DNA of 64,000 nt from Catajapyx aquilonaris. Its lineage: Eukaryota. The notes below the pieces were generated by a model. It was not told the origin of the DNA, did not search any database, and saw only the letters and a list, made by a program, of their open reading frames with translations. Position 1 is the first letter of the stretch; each line of letters opens with the position of its first letter. Of the stretch, positions 1-30,144 are shown in pieces. The stretch lies in the NCBI GenBank assembly GCA_000934665.2, contig KZ538316.1, positions 1 to 64,000 of the forward strand, read 5' to 3'. Position numbers and translations under genes: made by a program.

Positions 1-1328
1 CTCCCCCCCTCCCTGCAAACTATAGTATTGAAGTGCTTTTTCCAGTTGAAAGGTATAGGTTTTTCAAGGCCATTGAAATGTTTTTGAACACTTCATTATT
101 ATTGAAACATGATTGCTCGCAGCATCAAGAATATCTTGCCACCAGTGCTAGTCTGAAAGCTGCAATGAATGAGTGTCTTGTTGATGTCAAACTTCGTATT
201 GAAACAGCACTGGGGGTCACGCAGAATGATATTAATGAGTCCAAGAACAACACAGACCAATTAAACAAAGAGACTGGGGTAAGATATAAGGCATATACAG
301 GCACGAGTACTAAAACCTCTCCTCGTTCTATACTCCTCATCTGACTTCTCCCTGGAGCATAAATGACATTATGTCATTTACCGCCCAAATATCCAACTTA
401 GGATTTATACCATTTTTTTACCAACTTGAAGTAGTTCTCTGAATGTGATGGGATGGCAGTCCTATCTCGAAAATTGCATTTTTGGACTTGGACCACTTTT
501 GTTCTAGGCGCCTCAGCAGTCCGCCTGTGCTGCTGGGAAGCGGGGCGGGGGTGGAAAGGGGTGAATATGTAAGGTGAAAGAGACAGGAAGGTGACCAAGC
601 CTGTATTGTAAAGAAAGGGCGCCATCACTTCAAGATGGGCTAATGACTTGCAAGAATATTTTGACATGCTTTTCTCTGCATAAAACTTCATGACAGTAAA
701 GTGTGCGAAACCAATGAAAAGAAAGAAACAATGACGATTTTTTGAGTGGCACATTAAATAGCGTTCACTTTCAAACAATATAATTATTACCCTCTTAAGG
801 AATATTCTCTCCTGGTTTCGGCCACACACCTGATACTTTTTATGACGGCAATAACAAAGTATCGAAATATTCGACCTGAGAGCATTGTTCTAACAACAAC
901 AATAACAAGAACAAAAAACGACGCAGCTTTGTTGTGAGACTACGAGTATCTCTTCCTGAAACCCGGCGCGGCGTCCAATATATTGGACATCTGGAAAAGT
1001 TTTTTTGGCGCCAACTAGTGATGCCAACAGAACTGTAATCTGTTGGTATCCCATCTGTATCCCATGATTACAATCTGGCCTCAATTGGTGTAGCCACCTA
1101 GTGTCGAATATCTGACTTGGGCCGCGAAAATTAAATCGCGGATAAAATGGCGGCTGCCGCTGCTGAAGCTGTAGGCTCTCATCCGATCAGTTATATTTTC
1201 CCCCCTCATATTTGGAGTGCGATTTTCATCAATGCAGCGAATGTCCTGGGATTCGCAAGGAATGTGCATTAGGAAATACGAAAAGATGTGTCTGTGACAA
1301 TCTTTTAACTGATCCACGTTCATATTTT

Positions 1329-2578
1329 TTGGAATTTTTTAAGACACCTGCTTAATGGGAGGGGGCGGTCACTTTTTTCGAAGAAAAAAGTCAAATAAAA
1401 TAAAGTCATCAAAATGATCAAGTGGCTTCGCTTGTGTTGTCCATCCCGGCAGCCCCCACCCTACACACCCCATAGTCCCTACATTTGTCTTATACCAGGG
1501 AGTTCCATTCTCAAACCTATCACCCCTCCAAATATTTAACTCTACAATTTAAACTATAGGACCTATAAAATCACAAGCACATCCAAATTAATCAGCACAC
1601 TTTTTAGAGCATTTCCAATGTTTTGTTGCAGCCTGACCTTTGACCTGAAAGGCCCTAATATTAGGTTTATGGTCTGTGGCCAGGCCCTACCTCGGTCTCC
1701 ATCTGTCGGAGCTTTCGTAATGAGACTGTACGCAGCACAGTACGCAGATATGCAGTATATCTCTCGACGGAGGTAGTATGCCCCTAGCCAAACGTAGTGG
1801 CAGGTATCATTATCTATGAATGTGACGTAGGCGAGTGGTCACCTCCTTGGGGTCATCAGGACGGGCATGCGGCATCACTGTTTCGTGGCATTGCTCTATG
1901 GATTATTAAAATAATAAATTCCAGCCCGCTTCTGCTGTGCGTGGAGATGCGCATATCGTCGACGCGGTTTTAGATAGGCAAATTTTGGTGTAGACTTGGT
2001 CGCCTTCCTGTCTCTTTGACCTTACATATTCCCCCCTTTCCACCCCCGCCCCTCTAGCCTCTACCCACAAGGACAGGCGGACTGCTACATTTGGCTGGCA
2101 GGCTAGGGGCATACTACCTCACATCGAGAGATAATAATACTATAGGCCTATATCTAAGTACTGTGCTCTGTACAGTCTCATTACGAAAGCTCCGACAGAT
2201 GGAGACCGAGGTAGAGCCTGGCCACAGACCAAAAACCTAATATTAGGGCCTTTCAGGTCAAAGGTCAGGCTGCAACAAACCATTGCAAATGCCCTAAAAA
2301 GTGTGCCGATTCATTTGCATTTGCTTTGCTTTTATTGGACCTATAGTTTAAATTGTAGACTTAAATATTTGGAGGGGTGATAGGTTTGAGAATGGAACTC
2401 CCTGGTATAAGACAAATGTAGGGACTATGGGGTGCGTAGGGTGGGGGCTGCCGGGATGGACAACACAACACAAAGCTAAGCCACTTGATCATTTTGATGA
2501 CTTTTTATTTTTTGACTTTTTTCTTCGAAAAAAGTGACCGCCCCCTCCCATTAAGCAGGTGTCTTAAAAATTTCCAAA
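1329..2578. mobile_element. Long foldback element, inverted arms of ~465 bp (1329-~1795 / ~2090-2578) around a ~300 bp spacer
   Basis: Arms read as near-perfect reverse complements, e.g. ttaagacacctgcttaatgggagggggcggtcac vs gtgaccgccccctcccattaagcaggtgtcttaa, and gagactgtacgcagcacagtac vs gtactgtgctctgtacagtctc. No ORF. Superfamily not assigned. Confidence 0.85.
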
Positions 2579-3283
2579 GAAATTTTTTCCCCTCCCCCCT
2601 TTCCTCCCCCTCTCCATCCCTCCCCCCCCCCTCTTCGCTGCTCCTCTAACACCTCTGAAGAAGTGTTGGGGAAACTGCGAAGGAACAGTCGCCATCTTGG
2701 CCAGAGATGTCGGCTGCAAATTTTTTTTTCTGACTCTCAACCAAGGAGACAAGGGATTTGAACCCACATCTCTCGATCGAGAGTCTGATGCGCTACCTCA
2801 GAACCACGCTCTGGTGCAACGAGAGTGTGAGTGTTGGAAGGGTCTAGCCTATTTACCAGATGCACTTCAAAGAGAAATAAATGTGAAATGAGAGATGAAG
2901 TAACAGCGGGAAAGGTTCATAGCGATAAAAAGAAACGACGTCTTCCTTTCAGGATTCGATCCTTCAACCTTCAGGTTACGAAGAGAGAGTCTTAACCACT
3001 AGACCACTGCGCTACTTCGATACTGACACTCTCTCCAGCATGTACTTTTTGTAAAGAAAGGGCGCCACAAAATTCAACAATCACCATAAATATTTGATTT
3101 AGGTTACATTTTTTAGCCTCAATAGTGTGCTAAGTAAAAGAATGTGATAATTTGTGTTTCAGTTATATCAAGTAAATTCTTTGGGAAATTTTTAAGACAC
3201 CTGCTTAATGGGAGGGGGCGGTCACTTTTTTCGAAGAAAAAAGTCAATTAAATGATCAGGTGGCTTCGCTTGTGTTGTCCATC
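2456..3283. mobile_element. Inverted-repeat-bounded unit (~125 bp repeats at 2456-2580 and 3178-3283) containing two tRNA-like modules
   Basis: gatggacaacacaa...aaatttccaaagaa at the left is the reverse complement of ttctttgggaaatt...gcttgtgttgtccatc at the right. Minus-strand A-box/B-box modules at ~2745-2815 and ~2945-3015. Confidence 0.6.
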
Positions 3284-4131
3284 AACTGATGAGAACAAGA
3301 GCAGGAGTTTATTCAATACAAGTCCTATTGAATATTGCAGGTTGGTGACACTGAAAAGGCTGAAATAAGTGACCTGACCATGCGTGTGAATGACTCCAGT
3401 GATGAACATGACCCATATGCTTACTCAGCTGATGATTCCGTTGGGACTCAAGTAAGACAAAAACCCAAAGACAACAAATAAAGGTATCTTTGTTTTAGTG
3501 TCAAGCTAAACATGAGCAAACCTGATTACTGGAAAGGTAGTTTTATGCCAGTTAACTTTAACATGACCTTGACATGAATATTAACATGAACAGCATTAGC
3601 GTAACATCACAGGTTTCACCAGAATAAATGAATGAAGGAAAGCTAGAACATGCACTGAAACTGCAGTGATTAAGCAACAGTGTTAGCTTATCTTACATGG
3701 GTACATCACTGGCCCATAAATTCCATTTCATCACCAGACTTGGGATTAATACCTGCGTGTCTACCTGAATGGTTCACTTTCATTTGCCTTGTGACCTGCT
3801 TTATGACAATTAGCTTCCAATCAAACCATACACTTGGGAATTTTTAAAGGTTAATTTATCTTATTTAAAAATATTCTTCAGCTTGCATTCATAACCTAAC
3901 ATTTCTTTAGGCTGGAAAGCATAAGCAATGTGAATATGTTCTCAAGCTTCAATATAATGATTGCATTAGATAACTTGGAAAGAAAATTTCGGATGTTTTG
4001 TTTTGATCATGACATTCCAGGGTGGCTCAAAAAGTAACTCACAACTTTTAAATTCCAGAACCTCACGACAAACAACTGAAATGGACATGCTTCTATGAAA
4101 GGGCAAGTCTTTCTCTGCTCTTTCGTACCAT

Positions 4132-4264
4132 CAGTCCAAAAAGAACTTTCCCAGTCATCCTGACGTGTGTGCTGCCCGCTCGACACACACCATGTATCTT
4201 ACATGGTGTGTGTCGAGCGGCCAGCCCACACGTCAGGATGACTGGGAAAGTTCTTTTTGGACTG
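4132..4264. mobile_element. Short palindromic MITE-like element
   Basis: cagtccaaaaagaactttcccagtcatcctgacgtgt... pairs with ...acacgtcaggatgactgggaaagttctttttggactg, with arms of ~65 bp. Confidence 0.75.
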
Positions 4265-4601
4265 TTGTACAATAATCAAACACATTGCTTTTTTCTGCGG
4301 TGGCATGAAAAAACCAGTGTCTCGGGATAAGGGCATCAATGTGTATGCCATGGTAACTATGGCTGAAATTAGAATAAGACTTCCTCTTTCATATGTGGAT
4401 GTCAGTTTCAGTGATGACTCTTCTGAATTAAAAACGTTGTGGCTTACCATTTGATTTGTCAATGTTTTCAGACTTTGGTAGAATTAGTTTCTATCTTGGT
4501 TTTAAGAAGGCTTCAGATTACTCATTTTAATGTCCTTAATCCCCTCAACTTGAGACTTCTATTGCTCATTCCCACATTCATTACTTTTGAATTCTTTGTA
4601 G

Positions 4602-5228
4602 TGCAAGCAGCTAATGCACCCAACTGAAACAGATAGTCCAAACATGATGGCTTCTCTGATCAAAACCCTCTGGTGCTTTGGAAATGGTGAAAAGAAAGGA
4701 GCTGCCAGGAAAGAAATGCCATCAGATCTGTGCTCATATAAGACTCAAATCAGTGAGTTGTTCAAAAGACATAGGATTGGTCACAGAAGTGATGAAAAGC
4801 CTTTTCGTTGCATAGCTTGTTAAAAGCGAGTTATGACAAACCGCTTCATGGAGCTCCATTATCAGACTATCCATCTTGATGTTAAGCGTTATTCTTGTGC
4901 ACTGTGTGATAGAACATTTTGTGAGAAGAGGAAATTGGAGGAGCACAAGATGACCCATACTCATGGCAAGCAGCATTCATGCAAAAAATCATTTACTCTG
5001 GCTAGATATTTGAAGGCTCATATGGTACTTCACTCTGGAAAAAGAGACTCTGAGTCACACTTCTGCTGTTATTGTGGCAAAGGGTACAAGTTCAAATCTC
5101 AGTTGGTTTGCCATACCAGGGTCCACACTGGTGAGAAGCCATATTGTTGTGACGTTTGCCAGCAAAAGTTTGCTTATAATGGTTCCTTCACTTGTCACAA
5201 GAAAACTCACATAGGAGCAATGTCGTAG
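4602..5228 (+). pseudogene. Decayed C2H2 zinc-finger array (terminal exon of a probable ZNF pseudogene)
   Basis: Tandem C2H2 fingers with TGEKP-type linkers (HTGEKPYCCDVCQQKF, YSCALCDRTF, FCCYCGKGY). ORFs 4614-4823 and 4833-5228 are in the same frame, split by TAA at 4821-4823 inside a finger (CIAC*KR). The first finger lacks its first Cys and a middle finger lacks part of CxxC. Acceptor tctttgtag ends at 4601. Possible upstream decayed exons at ~123-288 and ~3290-3483. Confidence 0.75.
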
Positions 5229-8200
5229 AATTTGTGCCATGCACGTTAACTATCCGCACCCTCCACGTATGATACAACTTACTTTTAATCTTCTGCCCCT
5301 AAGCATCGATAACATATGAGGATTGCTGGATGTGTGCCCTCTATAATGGAATAAACCATGTGTGATTCCAACTGTCAATCATTATGTCTAAAATGATCGG
5401 TGCTATTTTTATTCTTGTCATTTAGCATACACCCACTCATATCTCCTCCGCGAAGAGTTACATTGTGCTGCTGCACTACACCTCGCTAACACACATTGTG
5501 CTTCTTGCCACGTCGCTCTCTCACTACAGTGCATAAATAACAACGGGATTTTGTCAATGATGATTCACACCACAAACGAAGACATGTACACCTACAAGTA
5601 CTCCAGACTACACCTTTATGATGACTACAGAGGGAGGATGACATGTACAGAATATTTATCTGCTCAAGAGAGGGCACGCTATTAAACAGAAACAGAAAAA
5701 TTGATTTCTCATCACATTGTTATGCAGGAAAACGTACTGTACCGGTACCTCCTTTAGTTGAACAAACAGGTGTATAGTAATCGCATTGCAGGAAGGGTGG
5801 TAGCTGTTACATAAGAAAATGACAGGAGACCCCATCATTCTGCTCAGTTTATGCCATACACAAACAACATATTCAACATAACAAAGCAACGCAAGTGAAT
5901 ATACAAGCGCGGAATTGCAACTTCTCATTGTGCCTACACCACATTGTGCGGTGTAACTTAGGTCCAAACCAACTCTTTCTCAGCTCATTTCAGTACAAAG
6001 GAGTAGGATTGATGAAAGCCATTTAGCTGTAACTTAGCTGCATTGCACTGATGGGGCCAACCTTGTTCTATCTGGATATGTTTCAAGTGTTTTCTGTACC
6101 CATTAGATTCATCTGGATGACAGGCAGGGAGAACTAAATTCAACCTTCTATAAGGCCACAGTGAGAGGGTTAGGTCGGGAAGTTATGGTGATACAAAAAC
6201 TATGGCGCTACATATTCTTTCAAGCTAAAACTCTCCTCGTCAACAAAATTGGAGAGGTTGTGGGGTTTGATACTGTGGGTTGGGGAAAGGGGGGAAGGGA
6301 GATGTGCCAATCCAGGCAAGCAAAACATTCCTGAAATTGATATGTTGAAATAGCAGATCACTTGCCCATGTGCACTCTGTCTTACAATATAAGTTCCACA
6401 TCACCACGTGTTCCGAGACTGACAACATCAGTGGTACATTTCTGGCCGCAAGAAAAATAGAGTGGCATGTCCCCTTAAATCAACATCCCACATCACACTG
6501 GAAGAATCACTAATGATGTTAGTGCTGTTTATTGAGAATATTATTTTTTCGTCTTTTTTCCCATTTTTGGATGGAAGTAAAGTCGAAAGGATTGATCATC
6601 ACCTTTAACCAGAGAATATTCATGGCCCTTATGGTCAACCTGGACTCTTTTTATCCTTAGCAGCATCAGTTACTCAGGTGAGCGAATTTTGATGAGCTTA
6701 CTTTGCTTTCGACAAGCAAAATGAACACATCTGGTTACCATAATGAATGGTGTTGGGAAGGGGGGGGAGGGGGGTCTCAAACTTGTTATGCAAAGGCATT
6801 CTCTTGCTAACAATGATAAATAGTTAGATGATATTACTTTCCTGACTTTCATCAACAGCCTAATAATATTGTTCCATGAACAGGATATGATAAAGCAAGA
6901 GTCGATTTAGTGAGTGCATGTGGAGCCCTCCAACGTGATAAGTTGTTACTTCTGTTAACATTTATTTTTAGTGCTTCATGGCAGATGTTAGGTAGTATGT
7001 TCTCTTCTGTGAATTTGGAGTGCAATCCTGATATTAGTTTGTAAGCTAGATATGAGGCATGCATCAATACCTGAAATGCAGAAGGATTAGAATCACAATG
7101 AACGGATTTCGATATGATGGTTTGAAGTTTGAAACTTGCATTAGCCCTTATTGGATTAGTTTTTTTCCCCCCAAACATTTCTCTATAGGAGGCTCCATCA
7201 GAAATGTTACTTGATCTTCAGGAATCAAGGACTATGTTAAACAATGCCTAACTAATTTTCGACCAAAATATGATTCTCATTGATTTGCATTTCACGCAAT
7301 CATTTGTTGTAGACACTTGTTTTCTCCTTAATTTTCATCCCTCACTTGCCTTTAGACTCATTAACGTTTGTATCGAATCTAATGCATGTATGATACTGAC
7401 CCAAACCCACCCAAACCTAACAAACAAGTAGAATTTCTTTGAGATGATATGCATTTGCCTGGATTGAAAAATATTCCACAAGCGAAAACCGCAAACTGAA
7501 CCATAGAAAACGTTTAACATCCATTATATTTCCAATGTGACCCTGTACGGTGGACGATATAGACTTCAAAGATATGCAATCTGTTCAGTTATTATTATTA
7601 TTATCACAGAAAACTGAAAATCAAACCCTGTTGGATCACAAGTTTGAGACTCCTGGTGGGTAGAGCAATACTGATTGAATTTCAACAATGCTCTTGTAAA
7701 CAGTGGACCAATTCACACATCACTTGTTTAGCAGTCACGTACTCTTTCAATATAATAATCTACCCATACTAAACCTGTGTAACAAATGACTTGCTTCGTG
7801 GCAGATACACGGGAATGCATTCACATCAATCAAATTTTGTGACATTCAGGATTAAATTGGTTCCTTTTCCAAAGTCACATAACTTTGCCAACTCACTGGT
7901 ATTACGGCTTCAGCTGTCGTTGCACCATGCCCTGCATGTCTCCCGGTGAGAATTATTAAACACTGTAACCTCCAGTAAATGACCTACGAAGTAAGACAAA
8001 ATAGCCTATTGTTCGATGTCAGGGATCGAAGTCAAGTATCACCAACGAAATTTTGATCGTCATTCTACTCGTAACCCTTGATGGTGCCATGAATGGCTAT
8101 GAAACACATCACATACGTTGATATTACATTACAATATTATGCAAAATACCTTCTCTTAAAATATTGAAAAAATGGAGGTATGACAATGCAATTCTCACCC

Positions 8201-9286
8201 GAAGATATGTGCAGGGCACTATAGGACAGAACGGTACACAAAATGGGTTCAAGTAAAAAACGCAACATTAGATGCAGGGCTACAAAACAAATCATGCAGA
8301 GCGTATAGCAGACTTTCAATGCTGACAGTGCAAAATGCTAGTCTTTGAAAGAATACTTCTGATCACAAGGAATTATTACCTTGCTGAATGACACTAGGGC
8401 CTGGCAAACACATTCTATCGTATTCTTGACAACAAGACATCTAATACAAGTCATCGCAGCCAACTTTGCTATCAAAATAAAATTTTCCCAAAACAAAGGG
8501 TAAGTAACAATCTGGTTGACCAGTGACACAACTTTTTTGGTCGTTATGAAAATAATAACATTAAAAAAATAAAGTACGCAGTGACATTCATCTGACGGCA
8601 GCCTTTTTCTGAGGGACTCTGAGGGCACCCGGTCTCAGAAAGGGCCGTGTCGTGTCACGACAGCTATGGCTCGAGTCCAGTAGCTTGTATTGCTCAAAGA
8701 CACGATACTGCTTCACAAGGAACTAGAACATCCAAGATGTAACATGCACAAGACAACCACTTTGGTGGCACAATAACTGCACAGTCGTACAGACATACGG
8801 CCAAGGTGAGTAATGATTATTATACAGGATGACTATTTGGTAAAACACACTGCAGGGCGACAATAGAGTATCCAGTTGTGGCATGCCTTACCCAAAACCA
8901 TCATCCAGTGCTTCTTTCAACGAGACCCGGGTGATTGTTCCACTGGAAGCTGATGGATATGCAGTGACGTCAGCTAGGTCACACACAGTGGGTGACCTCG
9001 CACAGAAGCATCTTTTCGACAAATTATACACCATTTTCCATGATAGAGAGAAACATATACTGTATATGATACCATTCAAGAGGAAGAAAAGAAATAAGAG
9101 TCCTTTCATGTGTAGCAGTCGTGAACTGACCCACACCCTGTGTCTCTTGGCAAGAGATTTTAAGATGATAGAAGGATTTTTTTCCCACAATGCACAGAGC
9201 AAGAGATCCCTTGGCAAGTGAGGAAGTAGCTGGGTAAGAGGTCAGCAATGAATGACCCTGCATCTTCCTCAACTACCTAGTCCTCT

Positions 9287-25995
<16,709 letters not shown>

Positions 25996-27657
25996 CGTGA
26001 CCGCTCCTTTCTTCGCTTGTCTGCGACTACTCCGAACGGTGTACCGTACTCTCCCAACACCCAACGCTATCGACCCCCCCGTTCGTTGGAGCGCACACCC
26101 ACACACACACACACACACCTTCGCCACCTCCCCCACTCCACCCCCTTACCTAATCGATAACATACTGCCCTCGGGGGTCCCTCTGTTTTCCACTTTCGCT
26201 TTTACCAAAAATATATATCTAAATATTGTTTCTGACATAAATATATGCCACTTTTGATGTGAATGGAAACGTTTATGGAAATGAGCAACTATTTCTGAAT
26301 CGGAAAGTTCATATAGCAACATTTGCCAATATTGTGGATATGTAGTTTCTTATTGTCACATTTTTCCGTATAACTTAATGCAAGTAGTTAAAAATTGGCC
26401 AAAAATGAGAGATTTTTTTCTTAAAATATGTCATAATCATTATTGTTTGGTCAAACCCTTCAAAAAACGTTTCAGATTTAGTGAGTCTTTTCCCGGCCCA
26501 GGTGACCTTGCCCAATAGGAGGTGAACCATAGGTGAAAATGTTCCATATATTGTAAATATGAATTTAACACACTTTTGACAACATAAGATAACCTGGTTT
26601 TGATAATGACCTACTCAGTGCTGCAAAAGCTCATCCAAGTCACAGGAATGACTAAATTAGGTATTCAGTTATTAGACACCTTGAACTTTGCAACCCTGAT
26701 TTTGGGTAACTTTGATGATGACACGTCAACTTCCAAAGCGAAATCCCCTTTTCGCGTCCCTCACCTTTCCCTCAGCTCGGGGCGCTGAACGCATGATGAG
26801 AGATGCGAATGAGTAGGAGGATATGAAAATAGCCTGTAGAGATTACTGGAGTCTAGACAGCGTGGTAGCTGCGAAATGTACGCATTTACTATCGGATTTT
26901 GGGCTCCTTATACGAATTTCTAAGAAGAAATTACCTTAGTTGATTTTGGCGGTTTCGGCTTCATTACCGGAGATAATTGGTTGGTTTTGAATTGCAATAT
27001 CCGATATGGTTATATTAATCATCCTTCCAGGTGACATGTGTAGCATGTTTTTGGACAAAATTAAAATGACGCAATAGCGCTAAATGTTCAAACGGGCATA
27101 CCTATTTTAATGTGTAAGCTATGTAGCCTTTTATTTTTAATTGGTGCTCAACGTAATAGCAATCAACAGCCCACTCTGCAGTTGACGTTTACCAAGTAGT
27201 ACTATAGCCTGAACATCCGCATCGCTACAGTATGTAATGCGTATAATGCTATATCATCCCCCATTTCCAACCGGCCTCCAGCAAGGCCTCCAGCACTTCC
27301 ATTTCTCGCTAGCCCACAAAACCAAGTTATAATACGTAAAGTGACGTCAAATGTTACTTTCACGCAATGCTCTGCCATCACGACTTCGACACATAAAAAT
27401 GCGCCTCACATTGTCACTGCTCAAAATATATGATATTATCAACAGGATCGTTTACATCCAGTGTATTATCTGGTCGTTAGGCACCGTGTTTCCTAACCCA
27501 GAGACACAAGGGGACAATGTTTATTGTCCTGTTCTTTTGTTTGATGAGAACAAAATCCTCCTTCTTGGCACGTAATCAAATGCTATATGTGTCTCTAAGT
27601 TGGCATGGCAACCAAAGAGTGGACACGGACAGTGCCTGTACCGGGTAGAGTTCCTAA

Positions 27658-27804
27658 GGGCCGTTTTCTCGAACAGTGGTTCAGATGTAAACCCGGTTCA
27701 AAGCCGGTTTAAACCCGTGACAACAGCCTAACAACAATCAAATCAGAGATTAAACTGGCTTTGAACCCGGTTTACATTTGAACCACTGTTCGAGAAAACT
27801 GCCC
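27658..27804. mobile_element. PIF/Harbinger-type (Tourist-like) MITE
   Basis: TIR gggccgttttctcgaacagtggttca / tgaaccactgttcgagaaaactgccc, flanked by TAA on both sides (27655-57, 27805-07). Confidence 0.85.
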
Positions 27805-28962
27805 TAAGTAGTAAGTAGTGCGAAGTATGTAATGACCCCAACGTATTGTACTGCGCCACACGGGGGAAGTGTCAACAAAACTTGTGTAGGCCTGAGGGCC
27901 GGTAAATACTTTTTATCTATGGCCCAAACGAGGATTGTCGCGGGTTATCCTTTAATTTTAAAAAATATAAAAATAAAAATAAAAATAAACATATACAGGG
28001 TAGCTAATCCAAAATACTTGTCCGACTACTATGGCTATTTTTGTCAGGAATCTGCTTATTTTAAGCGGTTACTTTTACATTTTAACTTTTTATGGTTATC
28101 AGAAGTATATCAAGTAGCCTATTAGCAATTAATGTTAAGTTACGCATATCAATCCCAAAGTGGATTCTGTCATTGACGTGAGATGCCAATAAATAATATT
28201 GTTCCAGTGGCCAGTGGGCCATTCCTAACCGGAAATACTTTGCAGTGCAGAGCATTAGTGAATGGTTCAGTTTGATATTAATATTAGCAACTAATACACT
28301 TGATACCACTAAAAGTAACTACTAAAACGAGCAANGTCACGGTCAGACTGTACCATACCGCAGACCTGGTGGCGTTTGCGAGGCGGAGGCGGGAGGGGAG
28401 CAAGAGCGTCGCAGGCTAAATTTTTTGGGGGGTTCAAGGTCACACGAGCTTAGGTGAATGTGGGAGATTTGAATGGGTGTGTACAGTATTTGAGGAAATT
28501 GGTAGCACTTTTTCCAAAAAAAATCATCGTAATTTGCAGATTAAAAATTAATAAATATTTTACTTCCCCCGGATCCGCCCCTGGATCCGCCCCTGAACTT
28601 AATGCCAATAGCTATATAGCAATCGGACAAGTCTTTTGGTTCACCATGTATGTGACGAAGGGCTATAAAATGCTCTGTACCTACGTGTGCGAATGAGACT
28701 CATGACGGACGCCATGATGATGTTCACCACCACCATGACGATGATGTTGTTGTTGTTGTTTATTATTGTTTTTAAAAATGTTGACTTATACCGCAATTGT
28801 TAATTAAATTGGGTACGATATCGTCACTGCGCAAAGCTTAAATTGAGATAACCGGCGCGATACTCCTTCATTCTTTTCCACCAGCTCATATGCGACAATT
28901 GAAGAAATGTGTACCAAAACTTAAAATGGATACGCGGATCGCGGATGTGCAGAGTACAGTAA

Positions 28963-28984
28963 TGTTGTTGTTGTTATTGTTGAT

Positions 28985-29024
<40 letters not shown>

Positions 29025-29094
29025 ATTTATTATTATTGTTGTTGTTGTTGTTGTCGTTGTCGTTGTTGTTGTTGTTGTTGTTGTTGTTGTTATT
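28963..29094. repeat. (GTT)n / (AAC)n microsatellite
   Basis: Long imperfect GTT trinucleotide run that generates spurious poly-C/L/N/T ORFs. Confidence 0.95.
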
Positions 29095-30049
29095 AAGGGT
29101 TGCTTGTACCAGCACGGGATTCCGTAAGAACAACGAATATGGTCAGTTATATGAACAAAAAATATAGACAATCTTCGATTATGTATCATATTGCGTAATT
29201 AGCGATTTTCTCATACAGTATTTGCCTTGGTATTTGCATTGGGATTTGCAAAGAGCTATTCAAAGAGAAATATTATTTATCGCTATGAGAGACGATACCA
29301 AAATGGACTAAAATACATACTGTATATTCTGTGACGTAGGCCCACACTATTGGGCCTATTCTGTACTGAAAGCCCATGTACTCGGCAGAATGAGTGCGAT
29401 GTGATGGACCAAACGAGGATGCGACAGCCCAACTGCATCTTGTGTTTCTATGCTGATCAACAGGTTTTGTGTGTCCCAAAAGCACGAGCGTTGTGTCTCC
29501 TTTTATTACAGAAATTCCATTCAAGTCCCACTGGAGCAACTAATCAGGCCAGATCTACATTGGTGCCAACGGACGTTTACAGGCATATTCTCCACCTGCG
29601 CTTTTTCTCTATCATCATTGCAGACATGCTCTCTTTATACCGCAAATATGTGAATAATTTACCTTGGGGTTATGGGTAACATTTGCGTAAAAATCTGTGT
29701 AAAAATTTAGTTTTAAAAATATAAATATGAAAATTTTACCAATAACACAATAATATTTTAAAATTAAAATGCAAACTCTTAAGAATAACATCAGGGATGC
29801 AACCCCGACGAGAAGAGGCCGAATGCTTATTGGTGGGAACCCGTGGTGGGAACGAAGCTCCTGTCAAATTCCCGCCATATGCACGGATTAAACAATGTAG
29901 CCAACAGTCAAAGGGTTTCATAATCTTAATAATGATTCTATTTTTCTTTTACTTAATATAAATTACTTCATATAAATTACCCATATAAAATGTATAATTT
30001 GCAATTTGGTTTACAGAACTTGCGTTGGACCGCGTTGGACTCTTGGAAT

Positions 30050-30060
30050 CCAAGATGGCG
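30050..30060 (+). promoter_or_regulatory. YY1-type motif (CAAGATGGCG) near the RPP30 start
   Basis: Matches the AAGATGGCG core ~85 nt upstream of the RPP30 ATG, a typical position in housekeeping genes. Confidence 0.5.
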
Positions 30061-30144
30061 ATTCTCAGATCACACATTCTTGTCCTGAACTTGACCCAGT
30101 GACTGAGTGACTGCTGATAGACGCTGCCTACAAATTCCGGAAAT

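Noticed and set aside
1845..1870. Hammerhead ribozyme cores (CTGATGA on either strand, here and at several other sites)
   Set aside because: No appropriately placed GAAA and stem II next to the ones examined.
1329..3283. CRISPR array or prokaryotic system
   Set aside because: The repeats are long inverted TE ends, not short direct repeats with spacers. The window is spliced eukaryotic DNA with no cas-like ORFs.
26740..26822. Possible HDV-like ribozyme (gcat...atgcgaatgag)
   Set aside because: Could not build P1 and P3 pairings or the L3 consensus.
28335..28335. Single N base
   Set aside because: Assembly ambiguity or small gap marker, not a biological feature. Contiguity across it is slightly uncertain.
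28890..29189. Poly-Cys/Leu/Asn/Thr ORFs
   Set aside because: Translations of the (GTT)n microsatellite. The same applies to ORFs over the (GA)n, (TTA)n and (ATT)n runs.
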